A stretch of DNA of 64,000 bases. Origin: Candidatus Micrarchaeota archaeon. GTDB taxonomy: Archaea; Micrarchaeota; Micrarchaeia; Anstonellales; Bilamarchaeaceae. The notes under the pieces are model-generated. The model did not search any database and had not been told where the DNA came from. It saw nothing but the letters and a program-made list of their open reading frames with translations. Position numbers and translations under genes: made by a program. Of the stretch, positions 1-7,615 are shown in pieces. The stretch lies in NCBI GenBank assembly GCA_040754495.1, contig JBFMCO010000022.1, positions 1 through 64,000 on the forward strand, given 5' to 3'. How positions within the stretch are numbered: position 1 is the first letter of the stretch; the number at the start of each line of letters is the position of its first letter.

Positions 1-53
1 CTCAGCAAGCGGGCGCTCTTTCGGAGTGAAGTACACCCCTTCCCGTGTCCTCT

Positions 54-410
54 TTAGCGATTTCCATAATTCACACCTCCATTTTTTCTCAGGTAGCTCC
101 CGTTGCGGGAGTATGCGCATGAATCTGCATCCTGCGGTGCTTTCGCCAGGCGGATAAGGATTTGGCCGCTGCCATCATCGCTCGCGCTGAGCAGTATTCT
201 TCCGTTCGTTTCAATGCCGATGGCTTCCCGGATTTCCAAAGGTAAGACTAGCCGCCCCTTCCTGTCGAGGCGTATGAAGAAAATCCTTCTCCGTGACACG
301 AGGTTTGGCTCCTGAGCCAGCCCTCCGTGCTTCCGACGGGTCCCCTCCCGAGGCAGACCTCGTGAAGGAGACCCCTTCCCGATTTCACCATTGGCTCCAC
401 CATTTGTCAC
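54..410 (-). CDS. AbrB/MazE/SpoVT-family DNA-binding protein
   Basis: IRLDRKGRLVLPLEIREAIGI matches the swapped-hairpin AbrB pattern; real start may be the GTG at 299. Confidence 0.7.
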   Translation of the reverse strand: MTNGGANGEIGKGSPSRGLPREGTRRKHGGLAQEPNLVSRRRIFFIRLDRKGRLVLPLEIREAIGIETNGRILLSASDDGSGQILIRLAKAPQDADSCAYSRNGSYLRKNGGVNYGNR

Positions 411-529
411 AGTAATTGGAAATTTCCCACTATTTAATTGTTTGTAACAGGGCGCTCGCTACGCCGGCGGCTCGGGGCGTTTGGGGGACGAAACAGGTGT
501 TTTTATATCGTTCGTGGTAGATTAGAGTC

Positions 530-1159
530 ATGGGTGGGAGAAAGGCGCGCATAGCCGCGGCAGCGGTGCTATTTGGCACCATCATGCCAGCGATGCTGCC
601 GATGCAGGAGTCCGGGGCGGCGTATGCCCAGGCCAGGCGCAGGGATGATATCTCCGGGTGGGTGAGGGAGAGCGCATCGTCGGCCCTGAGGGACAAGGAC
701 GAGAATGTCAGGGTGGATGCCGCCTGGAGGCTCAGGTACGGGGTAGAGGACGGGGCGGACATTTCGCCTGCGGTGGCCGCGCTGGCGGATGCTCTCTCCG
801 ACTCGAACCAGAACGTGAGGGGATATTCTGCCTTCGCGCTCGCCATGCAGCACCTGAAGAGGAAGGAATGGCCCAAGGCCGCCGCACTGCTCGAGCACAA
901 GGACGACGAGGTCCGGGCGAACGCTGGGTGGGCCGTAGGCGCAGCCGCGGAGAAAAAATACGCCCTCGCGCCTTTCGTCCAGACTCTCGAGAAGTCCCTC
1001 TCGAACGGGAACGAGTACGTGGAATGGAACGCGGGAAAGGCTCTCGCGCTGCACTATCTTGGCAAGGGGCAGAAGAGGAAGGCGGAGGAGCTCCTGCAGA
1101 AGGACGACGAGGATGTGCGGCAGGGCGCCGAGGAGGCCTTCAGGCTGTTTCGCAAGTGA
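530..1159 (+). CDS. HEAT-repeat protein with N-terminal hydrophobic/signal segment
   Basis: Repeated L-x-D-x-(D/N)-x-x-VR-x-x-A units (LRDKDENVRVDAA, LSDSNQNVRGYSA, LEHKDDEVRANAG, LQKDDEDVRQGA). Confidence 0.75.
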   Translation: MGGRKARIAAAAVLFGTIMPAMLPMQESGAAYAQARRRDDISGWVRESASSALRDKDENVRVDAAWRLRYGVEDGADISPAVAALADALSDSNQNVRGYSAFALAMQHLKRKEWPKAAALLEHKDDEVRANAGWAVGAAAEKKYALAPFVQTLEKSLSNGNEYVEWNAGKALALHYLGKGQKRKAEELLQKDDEDVRQGAEEAFRLFRK

Positions 1160-2524
1160 CTATTTTTGCCAGGCGGACCATGCCTTCTTCGGCGTCCCGT
1201 CGCTATATTTTATCCCGGGGCTGCACAGGTATTCCTTGAAGACGCTCATGAACGCGGCGTCGTTCTTGAGATATTGCGCGTCGGTCAGGAAGCTCTCGGC
1301 GGCCGCGGTGCAGTCCGAGCCGTCGTGAAGGGCGAACCAGGTCATGAACTCGGCATCGGTATCGTTCAGCCTTGCGAAATAGGCTTTCGCAAATTCTTCC
1401 TGCTTTTCCACGCTGGAATTGAGCAGGAAGGAGCTGCTCCAGCCTGTTTCAACGATTGCATACGGCTTTCCCGGGACGATAGCGGCCGGGGCGTCCAGGT
1501 ACTCCTCCCCCCGGCTGACGTTGTCGAACATAAAGAGGTCGTGGTATCCATAAGACGTGTAGCCTATGATGTCGGCCTCTTCCGCGAGCTCCCCTATTAT
1601 GTCCGTCGCGTTGTGCGATATGGCGTCATGGTAGGTCGTAGTGAATCCCACCTTCGTGCCGGGGCTCGCCTCATGGACGCGCTCGCGCGTCTTGCGCAAT
1701 ATCTCCTTGAACGCCGGCACCTTGTCGCGGTGCGAGTAGAGGTAGTCGTCCACCTCGTTGCCCACGAAGAGGTAGTCCGGCTTGTAGCGCGCGGCGAATC
1801 CGGCCGAGCGCCCGGCGAACTCGTCCGCGAACCCCGGCTCGTCGAAAGATGAATAGCGCGACGGGTAGGCCCCGAGGACGCTCGTGTGGATGACGGATAT
1901 CGTTATGGCGGTCCTGCCCTCGTAGGACAGCGGCTCCATGAGATAATCCGGGAGCGTCCAGTTGTCTGCTATGTCCTTGTAGGAGAAGTACCAGTATAAG
2001 ACGTCCGTCCCTAGTCCGCGCGCCTCCTTCATCGCATCGATTAGTTTCAGCGGGTCGTCCCCGGCAGGGCTCGCGACCATGCCCAGTTTCGGCAAAACGT
2101 CCAGCTGCCGCTCCTTGCAGGATGCAGAGCCCAGGGCGCGCTCATCCGGCACGCCTTCGCACGCCACGGTGAGCGCGTACGTCTTGTAGTCGCAGTAAAG
2201 CAGCCTTGTCGCGGCGCCCAGGCTGCGGCCCCCGGCGCTGAGTGAATAACGGAGGTATCCGCCCTGCCCGCTCGCATTGAAGGCCTTCTTCAGCTCTTCC
2301 TCCAGCATGATTGGGGTGACCGGATAGGCAGCGGCCCCGAAGAGGCAGGTGCCGTTGGTCCTCGCCATGAACATGCCCGGCTCCTTCGCGGCATCCGGCC
2401 AGGACGGGGCATCGAACGAAAGCGGGCCAACGGTGTGGTTTGAGTAAGCGGTCTGGGCGGGGGCCTTCTGGGCACAGGCGGAGAGCAGGAGGAGGATGAA
2501 GAGGGCGGCAGGGCCGGTTTTCAT
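1160..2524 (-). CDS. Lipoprotein with clan GH-A-like glycoside hydrolase TIM barrel
   Basis: Start at MKTGPAALFILLLLSAC (lipobox-like); acid/base-like VGNEVD and nucleophile-like IVETGW motifs. Confidence 0.65.
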   Translation of the reverse strand: MKTGPAALFILLLLSACAQKAPAQTAYSNHTVGPLSFDAPSWPDAAKEPGMFMARTNGTCLFGAAAYPVTPIMLEEELKKAFNASGQGGYLRYSLSAGGRSLGAATRLLYCDYKTYALTVACEGVPDERALGSASCKERQLDVLPKLGMVASPAGDDPLKLIDAMKEARGLGTDVLYWYFSYKDIADNWTLPDYLMEPLSYEGRTAITISVIHTSVLGAYPSRYSSFDEPGFADEFAGRSAGFAARYKPDYLFVGNEVDDYLYSHRDKVPAFKEILRKTRERVHEASPGTKVGFTTTYHDAISHNATDIIGELAEEADIIGYTSYGYHDLFMFDNVSRGEEYLDAPAAIVPGKPYAIVETGWSSSFLLNSSVEKQEEFAKAYFARLNDTDAEFMTWFALHDGSDCTAAAESFLTDAQYLKNDAAFMSVFKEYLCSPGIKYSDGTPKKAWSAWQK

Positions 2525-2575
2525 GCAGTTGATGCTCTGACAAGCCATAAAATCCCTCCATTTGAAGTATAAGCG

Positions 2576-4021
2576 ATGTTGAGGAAGCTCGCGGCGGTCA
2601 TGTTCTACGCGTCCGTCCCGCTCTGGCTCGCTTTTTTCTACAGCTTCATTTCCCCCGACGATGGCTGGATACCGATAGGCCTCACGCTCCTCATCATGGG
2701 CCTTCCCGCAGTGCCGCAGATTTTGCGCGGGATGCTGGAAAACACCAAGACCGCCCTGCGCTCGCTTGTGCATAAGGACACTCCGTTCAACTATGCGAAG
2801 GTGCTTGACACGGAGTCCATGAGGAAGGAGGTGGAGACGCTCACTTTCGGGGAGGTGCTCGCGCTCACCGCGCTCGCGTGGATTCTCGTGCCGTTCCTGT
2901 CCGTCTTTCCATATATTTACTACGGCGTGCCGGTGCTGGACGCGTTCTTCGAGAGCGTATCCGGATGGACCTCAACCGGGCTTTCGGCGCTGCCGACAGT
3001 CGCAATAATACCAAAGAGCGTGATATTCTTCAGGAGCATCACGCAGTGGGTCGGGGGGCTCGGGATAGTGGTGCTGATATTGAGCACGACAAAGGGGAGG
3101 GAGGCCATCAGCTTCCTCCGGGCCGAGGGGAGGAGCCAGACCGAGCTCGGGATAGCCCAGACGGTAAGCACCACGTTCAACGTGTATTTCGTGCTGACAA
3201 TTCTTGGGATAATCCTTTGCCTCATCGTGGGATTCGACCCGTTCAACGCGGTGAATCTCACTTTCGCCGCGATTGCGAACGGGGGCTTCTTCCCGTTCGA
3301 CAGCTATCCCTTGACTGACATCCAGAAGCTTGCGCTCGCCGCAATCTTGTTTGCCGGGGCCACAAGCGTGCTCTTCTTCAGGAGCGTATGGCAGGGGATG
3401 ATTGCGAAGGCATTCTCGGACGAGGAGTTAGTCCTGTACGCAGGCCTGACTGCGCTGGCGGTTATTCTCATGCTGACCGTAGGCGGGGAGGGGGGATTCA
3501 ACGCCCTGCTCAACGGCGTAGCCGCCATCACCGGAGGGGGATTCGGCATAGGGGATTTGACTATAATGCATACGTTCGGGATATACGTGCTCATTATTCT
3601 GATGCTTTCCGGGGGCATGACCGGCTCTACCACCGGGGCCATCAAGCTCTGGCGCGTCCTCGTAATCATGAAGGCGGTCTGGAAGCAGGTGAAGGAGAGC
3701 TTCATGCCTGCAGGAAGCGTCCAGGTGGTCAAGATAAACTACCTTCCCATAAACGAGAGGATGATAGTGGAGAGCGCCATCTTCGTGTTCGCTTACCTTC
3801 TCGTGTTCCTTGCAGCCTCCGGGGCGTTCATGACCGCGGCTTACGGGACCGAGGACTCCATGTTCCTCGTGGCCACCGCAATGGGCAACGTCGGGCTCTC
3901 CACGGTGAGCATCCCGGCAGTCGGGGCCGCCGGCAAGTCCCTTTTAATTTTCCTGATGTATATCGGAAGGATAGAGATATTCCCGAGCCTCGCGCTCGTG
4001 GCGTTCATTACGAGGAGATGA
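2576..4021 (+). CDS. trkH: Trk potassium uptake membrane protein
   Basis: Multi-TM protein with four pore-loop motifs (FFESVSGWTSTGLS, IANGGF, ITGGGF, MGNVGLS) and QWVGGLGI. Confidence 0.92.
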   Translation: MLRKLAAVMFYASVPLWLAFFYSFISPDDGWIPIGLTLLIMGLPAVPQILRGMLENTKTALRSLVHKDTPFNYAKVLDTESMRKEVETLTFGEVLALTALAWILVPFLSVFPYIYYGVPVLDAFFESVSGWTSTGLSALPTVAIIPKSVIFFRSITQWVGGLGIVVLILSTTKGREAISFLRAEGRSQTELGIAQTVSTTFNVYFVLTILGIILCLIVGFDPFNAVNLTFAAIANGGFFPFDSYPLTDIQKLALAAILFAGATSVLFFRSVWQGMIAKAFSDEELVLYAGLTALAVILMLTVGGEGGFNALLNGVAAITGGGFGIGDLTIMHTFGIYVLIILMLSGGMTGSTTGAIKLWRVLVIMKAVWKQVKESFMPAGSVQVVKINYLPINERMIVESAIFVFAYLLVFLAASGAFMTAAYGTEDSMFLVATAMGNVGLSTVSIPAVGAAGKSLLIFLMYIGRIEIFPSLALVAFITRR

Positions 4022-4022
4022 G

Positions 4023-4634
4023 ATGCACATTGTGGTTTTCGGGGCAGGGAGGGTAGGGAAGGCCCTCGTGAGGATACTCGAGGAGCGGAAGCAGAAGGTC
4101 ACCGTAGTGGATGCGAACAGGGCCATCTGCGACGAAGTCGCCGGGGAAACGAACGCGTCCGTCATATGCGGGGACGTCTCGGACCCGAAGCTGATGGAAG
4201 AGCTCAAGCTCGACAAGGCGGATTTCGTTTTCGCGGTCACTGGGAGCGAGGAGACGAACTTCCTGGTTTCCATGTACGCAAAGCACATGAACGCGAAGAA
4301 GGTCATCTCGCGGGCATCAGAGGAGAAATACTCCCAGCTCATGGGAAAGCTAGGCGTGGAGCCGCTGATTCCGGAGCAGACGCTCGCGCGCGAGCTTGCC
4401 AACATGGTGCTCAACCCGCTGATTTCCCGCATGCTCGACCCGAGCTTCTCGGGCGTGGAGATGTTCGAGAAGGAGGTTTCTGGCGACATGAGGAACAAGA
4501 CGGTCGCGGATGTCAGCAAGAAGCAGAGCGTGGGGATAGTATCGGTCTATCACGAGGGGAAGTTCATCCTGCCTTCGCCGGAATTCGTGCTGAAGGAGGG
4601 GATGACGGTCGTGGTCGTCAGGCATAACGACTGA
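4023..4634 (+). CDS. trkA: TrkA-family RCK NAD-binding potassium uptake regulator
   Basis: IVVFGAGRVG Rossmann motif, GDVSDP; directly follows trkH. Confidence 0.9.
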   Translation: MHIVVFGAGRVGKALVRILEERKQKVTVVDANRAICDEVAGETNASVICGDVSDPKLMEELKLDKADFVFAVTGSEETNFLVSMYAKHMNAKKVISRASEEKYSQLMGKLGVEPLIPEQTLARELANMVLNPLISRMLDPSFSGVEMFEKEVSGDMRNKTVADVSKKQSVGIVSVYHEGKFILPSPEFVLKEGMTVVVVRHND

Positions 4635-4655
4635 CAGCGGAGCCGGGATAATTGG

Positions 4656-4663
4656 TTTTAAAA
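4656..4663 (+). promoter_or_regulatory. Archaeal TATA box for tRNA-Gln
   Basis: TTTTAAAA about 30 nt upstream of tRNA start 4693. Confidence 0.45.
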
Positions 4664-4692
4664 ACTATAGAATGAGAATAAGTTATAGTTTT

Positions 4693-4894
4693 AGCCCCGT
4701 CGTCTAGTCCGCCTTTTAGGAAAAGGAGGCCCAAACTGGGTCGTTAATCGGCGGTAGGATAACGGTCAAGGATAGGAGGCTCTGGGGGCTTTTTGGCCTC
4801 AACCTTTCTCCGGGCAAAAACCCCGGAAAAAGCCATGAGGAAACCAGAAGGCCCGGGAAACCTCTTGACAGCGGTTCGAATCCGCTCGGGGCTA
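4693..4894 (+). tRNA. tRNA-Gln(CTG) with two introns (D-loop ~4709-4762; 37/38 at 4786-4859)
   Basis: AGCCCCG/CGGGGCT acceptor, GTCT/GGAT D-stem, GGAGG-CTCTGG|A-CCTCT anticodon arm, AGCGG-TTCGAAT-CCGCT T-arm; D-loop junction uncertain by 1-2 nt. Confidence 0.88.
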
Positions 4895-4941
4895 TGCTGC
4901 TTTTTTCCTCTTCATTACGGTCTGGCGCAGGTGGTTTCGGG
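4875..4941 (+). repeat. Direct repeat copy 1 (tRNA-Gln 3' end plus ~47 nt downstream)
   Basis: TTCGAATCCGCTCGGGGCTATGCTGCTTTTTTCCTCTTCATTACGGTCTG recurs at 5894-5960 with a few differences. Confidence 0.92.
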
Positions 4942-5007
4942 CATCCAGTCTCCAGTTTTGGGTGGTGGGGGTGAAAGATATTTAAGTATTCGAAACCTTT
5001 TTCTCGC

Positions 5008-5808
5008 ATGGCATACTGGTTTGTTCAACATGATGTCAAGGCATTCAGGGAACACCCAAATCTTATAGGAAGCACGTACAAAAACAAAGTTGGAAAGATT
5101 AGAAAGGGGGACAAAATTGCGTATTATGCCACCGGTGACATGGTCATCATAGGAACCTTTGATGTAATGTCAAATGCCCACGAGATGAAAAACGACCCTA
5201 AATGGGGGACGCTGTGGGTCCTGAAAATAAAGAAAAGGCACGTGTCGAGGGAGCCGCACGTCCCAATTCAGGAGGTACTAAGGGAGAATGATTTGACTCT
5301 TTTCCCGAAAAGGAAGATAGTCGGAATCAAGCTAAAAGGGCAGACTGCGATTCCGATAGATAAGCAGGATTTCAGAACGATTGAAGGGCAGTTGAAAAAG
5401 CCGCAGCCTACGAATACATTCTTTCGGGAGTCCACAAATGACGAACGGTTGGGGGAACCGGCAGAGCTTAGGGTCATGAGGTTTACACCGACCAACGAAA
5501 TGGGGGTGGTTGTATTGTTTACCTCTTTCATGAAGCAGATGGGATTTGAGTATTTCGACTTTATCAGAAGCGGATTTCCAGATGCATGCGTATATGAAAA
5601 AACTGAAAGCGGGTTGCATAGGAGATTCGTCGAGTTTGAGTATACCGCTTCACAGTTCAGGATGCACCTGAAAAATCCGGTGCATAGACGTATAAAATGT
5701 GACTATGTGGTGTGTTGGGAAAATGATTATCCCCTTTGTCCTGTCAAAGTGATTGAGCTAAAGAGAGTGTTGTTGAAATTAGGCATCTATAGAGAAAAAA
5801 GCTCTTGA
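5008..5808 (+). CDS. EVE-domain plus PD-(D/E)xK-like nuclease, putative modification-dependent restriction enzyme
   Basis: N-terminal MAYW...IRKGDKIAYY...VIIGTFDV EVE/PUA-like pattern; C-terminal SGFPDAC...VEFE nuclease core; visibly more AT-rich than flanks. Confidence 0.75.
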   Translation: MAYWFVQHDVKAFREHPNLIGSTYKNKVGKIRKGDKIAYYATGDMVIIGTFDVMSNAHEMKNDPKWGTLWVLKIKKRHVSREPHVPIQEVLRENDLTLFPKRKIVGIKLKGQTAIPIDKQDFRTIEGQLKKPQPTNTFFRESTNDERLGEPAELRVMRFTPTNEMGVVVLFTSFMKQMGFEYFDFIRSGFPDACVYEKTESGLHRRFVEFEYTASQFRMHLKNPVHRRIKCDYVVCWENDYPLCPVKVIELKRVLLKLGIYREKSS

Positions 5809-5833
5809 TGACCCCTAAACAAAGTGGACCTCA

Positions 5834-5892
5834 GGGCTTTTGGGTGAGGCCTAGCCTTTTGCCCGGGGAAAGGCAGTAGTCAAAAGGCTCGG
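5834..5892 (+). mobile_element. Short palindromic non-autonomous element (tRNA-associated hairpin family)
   Basis: TTTTGGGTGAGGCCTAGCCTTTT...CAAAAGGCTCGG; homologous to the reverse complement of 61086-61150 and to tRNA intron modules. Confidence 0.55.
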
Positions 5893-5893
5893 C

Positions 5894-5960
5894 TTCGAAC
5901 CGCTCGGGGCTATGCTGCTTTTTTTCCTCTTCATTACGGTCTGACTCAGGTGGTCTCGGG
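5894..5960 (+). repeat. Direct repeat copy 2 (degenerate duplicate of tRNA-Gln 3' end, att-like)
   Basis: TTCGAACCGCTCGGGGCTATGCTGC...; lacks T60 and has one extra T plus a few substitutions versus 4875-4941. Confidence 0.92.
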
Positions 5961-6047
5961 TTTCCGGTTGTGGGTTTAGGGACCCCGAAGGCATATTAGG
6001 CGCCCGTAGAGAGATTAATAATTCCTACTGATTTCATTCTTTCCGCA

Positions 6048-6455
6048 ATGACCCCCCCAGCCAGCATCAGCGATAAGCTAGCAGACCTAGATTGGGATGC
6101 GCTAGCCCAATTGCTGAAAACCGTCAACTGCGGCATCGAGGGCAACGACGCCGGGGCCAAAAGGCTCCGGGCGCGCCTCGGCATGATGAGGATGCTGATG
6201 TACGAGGAGATACGCTGCTGGAACGGCCACAACACCATCGAGCTGTCCTATTTCATCGCGTCCTTCAAGGCCATCCGCACGCTGGAGAGGGAGTTCGACG
6301 CGAGGGGGATAAAGAAGCGGGAGTTCCTGCTGTTCCTCAAGCTGCTGTTTTATAAATTCAAGAAGCAGAGGATATTGGTGAAGAAGCCGCTGGCTGCGCT
6401 GGCGGAATTCAAGAAAATGAAGGGGGTGGTGGAGAATGGACATGGTCCTTTATGA
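6048..6455 (+). CDS. Hypothetical helical protein
   Basis: 135-aa ORF overlapping the pgi start, typical codon usage. Confidence 0.5.
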   Translation: MTPPASISDKLADLDWDALAQLLKTVNCGIEGNDAGAKRLRARLGMMRMLMYEEIRCWNGHNTIELSYFIASFKAIRTLEREFDARGIKKREFLLFLKLLFYKFKKQRILVKKPLAALAEFKKMKGVVENGHGPL

Positions 6456-7155
6456 GAAACCGCTCCGCGTCGAGCTGGTCGGGAGCAACCTTTTCGTGAA
6501 CGGCGGGCGGCATCCGAGGTCCGTGCGCACTCTGGCGCAGATGAGGAAAGTCATGATGGGGTTCAACGAGGACGCCTCGCCCATCGAGCTCTATTACATG
6601 TATCGGAGCGTGTACGTGAACGGTGACATACGCTTCGACATCACGGTGATACCCGCTCTTGCGGTAGGCGGCGAGTGCGCGAAGACGCACGGCCATTATC
6701 ATCCCGGGAGCGAGGACGGCCTTGCCTACCCTGAGGTCTACCAGGTCCTGCGCGGAAACGCGGCCTTCATCCTGCAGAAGAAGAACAGGAACGGCAGCGT
6801 GGATGCGATGGTGATCGACGCCAGGGACGGGGATGTGGTGCTCCTCCCGCCGGGCTGGGGCCACGTGTCCGTGAACAAGGGGGAGACGACGCTCGTCCTC
6901 TCAAACCTCGTATATGACCGGTTCGAGTCGCTTTATGGGGATTACGAGGAGAGCCAGGGCGCGGCCTATTACTACACCAAGGACGGCGAAATCGTCCAGA
7001 ACACGAATTACATAGTGCAGAAGAACGAGCATCTCTCGGCGAAGGAGCTGAACGAAAAATACGGCTTCGCCTGCAAGGACCTCCTTTCGGAGTTCCAGGC
7101 AGAGCCGAAGAGGTTCGAGTTCCTGAAGAAGCCTAAAAGCATGTTCAAGTCCTGA
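6436..7155 (+). CDS. pgiA: Cupin-type archaeal glucose-6-phosphate isomerase
   Basis: KTHGHYH...YPEVYQVLRG...LLPPGWGHVSVN metal-binding cupin motifs. Confidence 0.88.
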   Translation: MDMVLYEKPLRVELVGSNLFVNGGRHPRSVRTLAQMRKVMMGFNEDASPIELYYMYRSVYVNGDIRFDITVIPALAVGGECAKTHGHYHPGSEDGLAYPEVYQVLRGNAAFILQKKNRNGSVDAMVIDARDGDVVLLPPGWGHVSVNKGETTLVLSNLVYDRFESLYGDYEESQGAAYYYTKDGEIVQNTNYIVQKNEHLSAKELNEKYGFACKDLLSEFQAEPKRFEFLKKPKSMFKS

Positions 7156-7160
7156 GAAAG

Positions 7161-7571
7161 CTAAGATTGGGCCTGGCGAGGAATCTCAACGCCCTTTGCC
7201 GCGACGGCAAAGCATTCTATAGGCCAGCAGTCAATGCGGATTACCCCCCTCTCCTCTTTCAATTCGGTATCTGCATCCAAGAGGCAGATATCCAACAAGC
7301 GGCCCCGGTAGGTAGTTATTTTCAATCTTCCCTGGCCGTGTTCCACCCGTTTTATTGTGTCACGAAGAGTTTCTTCGGGATTGGAGTGGCTTGTGTATGC
7401 CACGATGGTTCCCCCGATTAACCTGGATTTGCAGGATCTGTCCATCAATTCGGCCTTAAGCTCTCTGCTGCTTTTGGGAGTGCCGTCCACCTGCGGCTCG
7501 ACCGGCGCCATGTTTCTTGGAAATTGCTTTGGGTGGCTGCGGGGTTCCCTTGCTCTGGAGCGGAAAGTCAT
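7161..7571 (-). CDS. Hypothetical protein
   Basis: 136-aa ORF filling the gap between pgi and alaS; start uncertain. Confidence 0.4.
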   Translation of the reverse strand: MTFRSRAREPRSHPKQFPRNMAPVEPQVDGTPKSSRELKAELMDRSCKSRLIGGTIVAYTSHSNPEETLRDTIKRVEHGQGRLKITTYRGRLLDICLLDADTELKEERGVIRIDCWPIECFAVAAKGVEIPRQAQS

Positions 7572-7615
7572 TTTACAACCTCTCAGTGATGTTGTAGACT
7601 ATGTTCGTTTGTTTT

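Noticed and set aside
1-67. Possible gene start after a GGAGGTG ribosome site on the minus strand (MEIAKEDTG...* 21 aa; the +1 frame reads KRTREGVYFTPKERPLAE)
   Set aside because: At the window edge; cannot tell a short peptide from a frameshifted or mis-sequenced gene start
338-374. Strong hairpin GGGTCCCC...CGAGG-CAGA-CCTCG...GGAGACCC upstream of the AbrB core
   Set aside because: No SRP, RNase P or riboswitch signature recognised; may simply be GC-rich coding or UTR sequence
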